DNA from: Candidatus Bathyarchaeia archaeon
Lineage (GTDB): Archaea; Thermoproteota; Bathyarchaeia; Bathyarchaeales; Bathycorpusculaceae
Assembly (NCBI GenBank): GCA_050010755.1
Contig: JBEKKK010000002.1
Location: forward strand, 32,001 to 96,000
Direction: 5' to 3'
Length of the DNA: 64,000 nt
Position numbers and translations under genes: made by a program. The notes beneath the pieces were generated by a model. The model made no database searches. It had not been told where the DNA came from and worked only from the letters and a program-made list of their open reading frames with translations. The stretch's first letter is position 1; every line of letters begins with the position of its first letter. Below, one piece after another: positions 60,281-64,000 of the stretch.

Positions 60281-60621
60281 CGTCTTTCACCTCCCTTCTC
60301 AACCTGCGCCTGGGCTTTTTCAAGAGATGAAATAAAAGCCGCTTCAGGATGCTCACCGGGTTCAAAGGTCAAGCCAAGTTTCTCGTACAATATCTTTAGT
60401 ATCTCTGCCTCAAGGAACCCCGCTCCTGATCCAAAGATCCTCTCTATTGCCGGAACAAAAAGATCCGTCCGGCTTGCAATATTTTCCTTTCGCAGATTGT
60501 ACTTGTCCTCAAGATAAGAATAAATTACCTGTTTCGGAGATTCTCCAAGGACTGATAATCCCTTTTCAACCGAATCTGCAAGAATACTCTCAAACTCTAA
60601 GTTAGGTTTCACCTGAAACAC
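60277..60621 (-). CDS. Small archaeal signalling-associated protein (DUF3227-like)
   Basis: L..LGE..K..IY..LE..Y.L, IE.IFG.GA..LE..I...LY; overlaps the receiver gene. Confidence 0.7.
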   Translation of the reverse strand: MFQVKPNLEFESILADSVEKGLSVLGESPKQVIYSYLEDKYNLRKENIASRTDLFVPAIERIFGSGAGFLEAEILKILYEKLGLTFEPGEHPEAAFISSLEKAQAQVEKGGERR

Positions 60622-60886
60622 CCCGAGGCAGACACAATGAAAATGCGCTTGGGCCTAATATTAGCTGTGAATTCTGAGTATTGAGACTCAATTCGCAAAG
60701 AAAGCACAAGCCGTCGCGCTCTGAGAAGACTAGAGCAATAGAAGCTCCAAGCGCAAATCGCGCGAGTTTGAATCAATACTACACTTTGTAGCTATATATT
60801 GCATGTTCGCAGCATTTAATTACAATCTTTTTTGCATTATATGTTACGTTCGGATTTAAACCTGTCTCAGGAAGTATTCGAGAAAA

Positions 60887-62884
60887 ATGATCGCGGACCA
60901 GTTGTTAGGAGCCTTATTCTGGGCGGTCCCATTGGCCTTCACGTTAGCTCTTTCTGTGTTTCTCATTTATCGGGCGCGCAAGGATAAAGACAAACGCAAG
61001 CAGAACCCACAGAAAAAAGCCTTGGAGGACCTTGAAGCATCCGAAGAGAGATACAGAAACCTCTGTGAAAACGCTCGAGTCGGCATACTTAGAATGGATC
61101 GGAAGGGAACCGTCACCTACGCGAACAGGCTCATAAACGAGTACGGACTGAACAGAGAGGATATCATTGGAAAAAACATGCTCAGATTCATACCCATGAA
61201 AAACCGGCCGAAGATGTTCATGGAACACATTAGCGTTGTCCGCGGAAACAACGCTGAGGGCGAAACAGAAATCATAACGCCCAAGGGGAAACGCATCATA
61301 GAATACGTAAGCAACCCTGTGAGGCATGACGGAAAGATAATCGGCTGCGAAACGGTAATGCAAGACGTCACCGATAAGAAGGAGATGAAAAAGAAGCTTG
61401 AAGAATACGCGGCACGCCTAGAGACGATGGTGGAAGCGAGAACCGTTGAACTGAAAAAAAGCGAGGAAAAGCTCGGCCTCATGGTTGTCCAACAAGCATC
61501 GTTGATGCGAAGTTCAGCGGAAATGATTCGTTCAAGCGATATGCGTCAACGTCTTCAAGCCATTGTGGATGCGATTCAGGGTCTAGGTTGGCGAAGAGTC
61601 ATACTCTCAGTGAGAGATGAGGAACTAGACCTTTCAGAACCTCAGAATCTAGTGACAGCCGGATTAACAGAGAAGGAACAAGAGTTCATTTGGACCAACC
61701 GGCAATCGGGTAAGATTTGGCGAGAACGTTTTGGACCCGAATTTGAGCGTTTCAAACTCGGAGAATTCTACTACCTACCCTACAGCGATCCTATGGTCAG
61801 AGAGAAGTTCCGCAGAGGAGTCGTGTTCAGCCACCTTAACCCCAAAGAGATGGTCGATTGGAACCCTGATGACCTGCTCTACGCACCGCTTCGTCTCGCA
61901 GACGGGCGCATCGTCGCAGTGTTAAGCATTGACGACCCAAACGACGGAAGAAGACCCACCAAGGACACTTTGAAACCATTAGAGCTGTTTCTGCATCAGG
62001 CTGCTGTCGCGATTGAAAATGCTCAGTTGATCAAACAGTTGAATGAGGCTAACGCCCAGATCCAACAATACGCAGGGCAACTTGAGGAAAGAGTGAAAGA
62101 AAGAACGCAGGAATTGGTTGACGCCCAGAAAAAACTGTTGCAATCTGAGAGACTGGCCGCGATTGGTCAAATTGCGGCAATGGTCGGACACGACCTGCGC
62201 AGTCCCTTGGCCGGCATCAGGAACGCGGCTTACATCATCAAAACACGAGCAGGCCCCAAGTTGGATGAAAAAGAGAAACAAATGCTTGAAACAATAGATG
62301 ACAACGTAACCCACTCGAACAACATCACAAACGACCTGCTAGATTTTTCGAGAGAGATCAAACTCGAAAAACAACTGATAAACCTGAAAGCAGTGGTTCA
62401 ACACTCATTGATGGCTGCCGGCATACCTACGAACATTGACGTGAAAGATCTGATACCCGACAGTATCATAATAGAAGCCGCAGCGGACAAAATGGAAAGA
62501 GTTTTCACGAACATCATCAAGAACGCCGCAGAATCAATGCCAAACGGTGGCCTCTTGACGATAGCCTCAAACACTGGCGGGGAAAATTTGTCCGTCAATT
62601 TTACGGACACTGGAGTCGGAATGCCAGATGAAACCTTGCAGAAGCTCTGGACACCCCTCTTCACAACCAAGCCAAGAGGAATTGGACTTGGACTTGTTAT
62701 TTGCAAGAGATTCATCGAAGCCCACGGTGGCACAATAACCGTTACTAGCACATTAGACAAAGGAACAACCTTCACGATAACCCTGCCTAAGATCCAAGAC
62801 GACAAGAAGCAGGAAGCAGTTCAGGTGGCTATTGTGCCCGCCACTGAGACACCACAGGTAGTCAGTGAAATCCGGAGTGCTTGA
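60887..62884 (+). CDS. PAS/GAF sensor histidine kinase
   Basis: PAS, GAF, HDLRSPL, NIIKNA, DTGVG, FTTK..G.GLGL. Confidence 0.95.
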   Translation: MIADQLLGALFWAVPLAFTLALSVFLIYRARKDKDKRKQNPQKKALEDLEASEERYRNLCENARVGILRMDRKGTVTYANRLINEYGLNREDIIGKNMLRFIPMKNRPKMFMEHISVVRGNNAEGETEIITPKGKRIIEYVSNPVRHDGKIIGCETVMQDVTDKKEMKKKLEEYAARLETMVEARTVELKKSEEKLGLMVVQQASLMRSSAEMIRSSDMRQRLQAIVDAIQGLGWRRVILSVRDEELDLSEPQNLVTAGLTEKEQEFIWTNRQSGKIWRERFGPEFERFKLGEFYYLPYSDPMVREKFRRGVVFSHLNPKEMVDWNPDDLLYAPLRLADGRIVAVLSIDDPNDGRRPTKDTLKPLELFLHQAAVAIENAQLIKQLNEANAQIQQYAGQLEERVKERTQELVDAQKKLLQSERLAAIGQIAAMVGHDLRSPLAGIRNAAYIIKTRAGPKLDEKEKQMLETIDDNVTHSNNITNDLLDFSREIKLEKQLINLKAVVQHSLMAAGIPTNIDVKDLIPDSIIIEAAADKMERVFTNIIKNAAESMPNGGLLTIASNTGGENLSVNFTDTGVGMPDETLQKLWTPLFTTKPRGIGLGLVICKRFIEAHGGTITVTSTLDKGTTFTITLPKIQDDKKQEAVQVAIVPATETPQVVSEIRSA

Positions 62885-62984
62885 CGGGAATGAGAATAGC
62901 CTATGCTCCTTCTTTGGTGCACGGCGCGCTAGAATATTTCGACAGCTTCAGTCAATTATCCATAATGCGTTGGGCGGTGGCATC

Positions 62985-64000
62985 GTGAAGATACGTGCAA
63001 AGACAGCTCTCATCATATCAGCCGTGTGCTTATGCACAATAATTGGCGTGTTTCTGTTGTCGCAGACGGTGCTGACCAGCGGCTTTGTGAGTCTGGAAGA
63101 AACGACAACTAGTCAAGAAATGGAAAAAGTGGTGAGTTCATTCAATGACACCTTCAACAGTCTGATCCTGTTTGCCAGCGACTATGCACAATGGAATGAC
63201 ACTTACGCATTCATAGAAAACAACAACACCGCATACATCCAGGACAACCTAGTAGACTCCACCTTCCAATACTCAAACGTGGACTTCATGATATACATAA
63301 ACCAAACAGGAGGAATTGTGTATGCAAAAGCCTACAACCAATCGGCTGAATGCGATATCCCAATTTCCCAAGAACTGATGCACACGATATCAAACAACGA
63401 GGAACTCTGGCATTTTGACACCTCAACTGAGAATGTTGCAGGGATATTGACTCTGTCGAATACCACAGTGATGATTTCTTCAGAGCCAATATTGACAAGC
63501 GAGGCCAATGGTCCTGTCCGAGGAGCAGTGATCATCGGCAAATACCTGGACCAAGCAAGAATCATCGCCCTGTCCGGAGAGACTCATCTGCCATTAGCTC
63601 TGTACAGAACTGACGATCCGTATCTCCCAGACGACTTCCGAGTGGCCAACTCAACATTATCCATTGAAAACCCTCTCTTTGCAAGAGCTCTGAATGGCAC
63701 AGTAATCGGTGGTTATGCTTTGATAACAGACGTATTCTCGAACCCGGCCATCATTGTCAGGGCCGAGATGCCCAGAACCCTTCTTGCTCAAGGCCAAACA
63801 ACCATCAACTACTTCCTATTGCTGCTCATCGCTGGCCTAGTGATAGTATTCGCCACCATCATGATTCTCCTTGAAAAAGGTGTACTGTACCGCCTGACCA
63901 AGCTGAATGGCGAAATTGGCTCATTAGGCGAGTCCAGCGACCTGTCCAAACGCGTCCAAGTCAAAGGTGATGACGAGATAACATCCCTAGCTCAAAGCCT
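62985..64000 (+). CDS. CHASE4-HAMP membrane sensor, 3'-partial
   Basis: GTG start, TM, DYAQWNDTYAF, second TM, RL..L....GDDEI..LA; open to window end. Confidence 0.85.
   Translation, partial: MKIRAKTALIISAVCLCTIIGVFLLSQTVLTSGFVSLEETTTSQEMEKVVSSFNDTFNSLILFASDYAQWNDTYAFIENNNTAYIQDNLVDSTFQYSNVDFMIYINQTGGIVYAKAYNQSAECDIPISQELMHTISNNEELWHFDTSTENVAGILTLSNTTVMISSEPILTSEANGPVRGAVIIGKYLDQARIIALSGETHLPLALYRTDDPYLPDDFRVANSTLSIENPLFARALNGTVIGGYALITDVFSNPAIIVRAEMPRTLLAQGQTTINYFLLLLIAGLVIVFATIMILLEKGVLYRLTKLNGEIGSLGESSDLSKRVQVKGDDEITSLAQS

Noticed and set aside
39800-62931. Classical integron attC array
   Set aside because: No RYYYAAC...GTTRRRY hairpins seen, genes lie in both orientations with their own promoters, and no IntI-type integrase is evident.

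Overview
Archaeal chromosome window; gene content and style suggest Bathyarchaeia (inference). 1-21.5 kb is core: glycosyltransferases, priL, PCNA, hypA/Mrp, rfcS/rfcL, EndoV, translin, glyA, rpo12, trm112 and nucleotide-sugar genes. It carries six same-orientation copies of an unannotated ~60-78 bp intergenic repeat. From ~21.5 kb onward the window is accessory. It contains tRNA-Leu(GAG) with a ~5 kb integrated element whose tyrosine integrase is split SSV1-style, and whose right att is a tRNA fragment interrupted by a frame-correcting 56-nt insert. Next is an 11 kb methyltransferase-free defence island: HExxH-Mrr fusion, Hachiman, HEPN-like ORF, solo OLD and a FokI-like nuclease. There is also an IS with AGCGCGCT target duplications. 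A long patchwork of single genes and gene fragments has junctions repeatedly marked by short (A)GCGCGC(GCTA) palindromes. That cassette-like patchwork is the best candidate for an undescribed system. All family calls are by motif recognition; no database searches were run.
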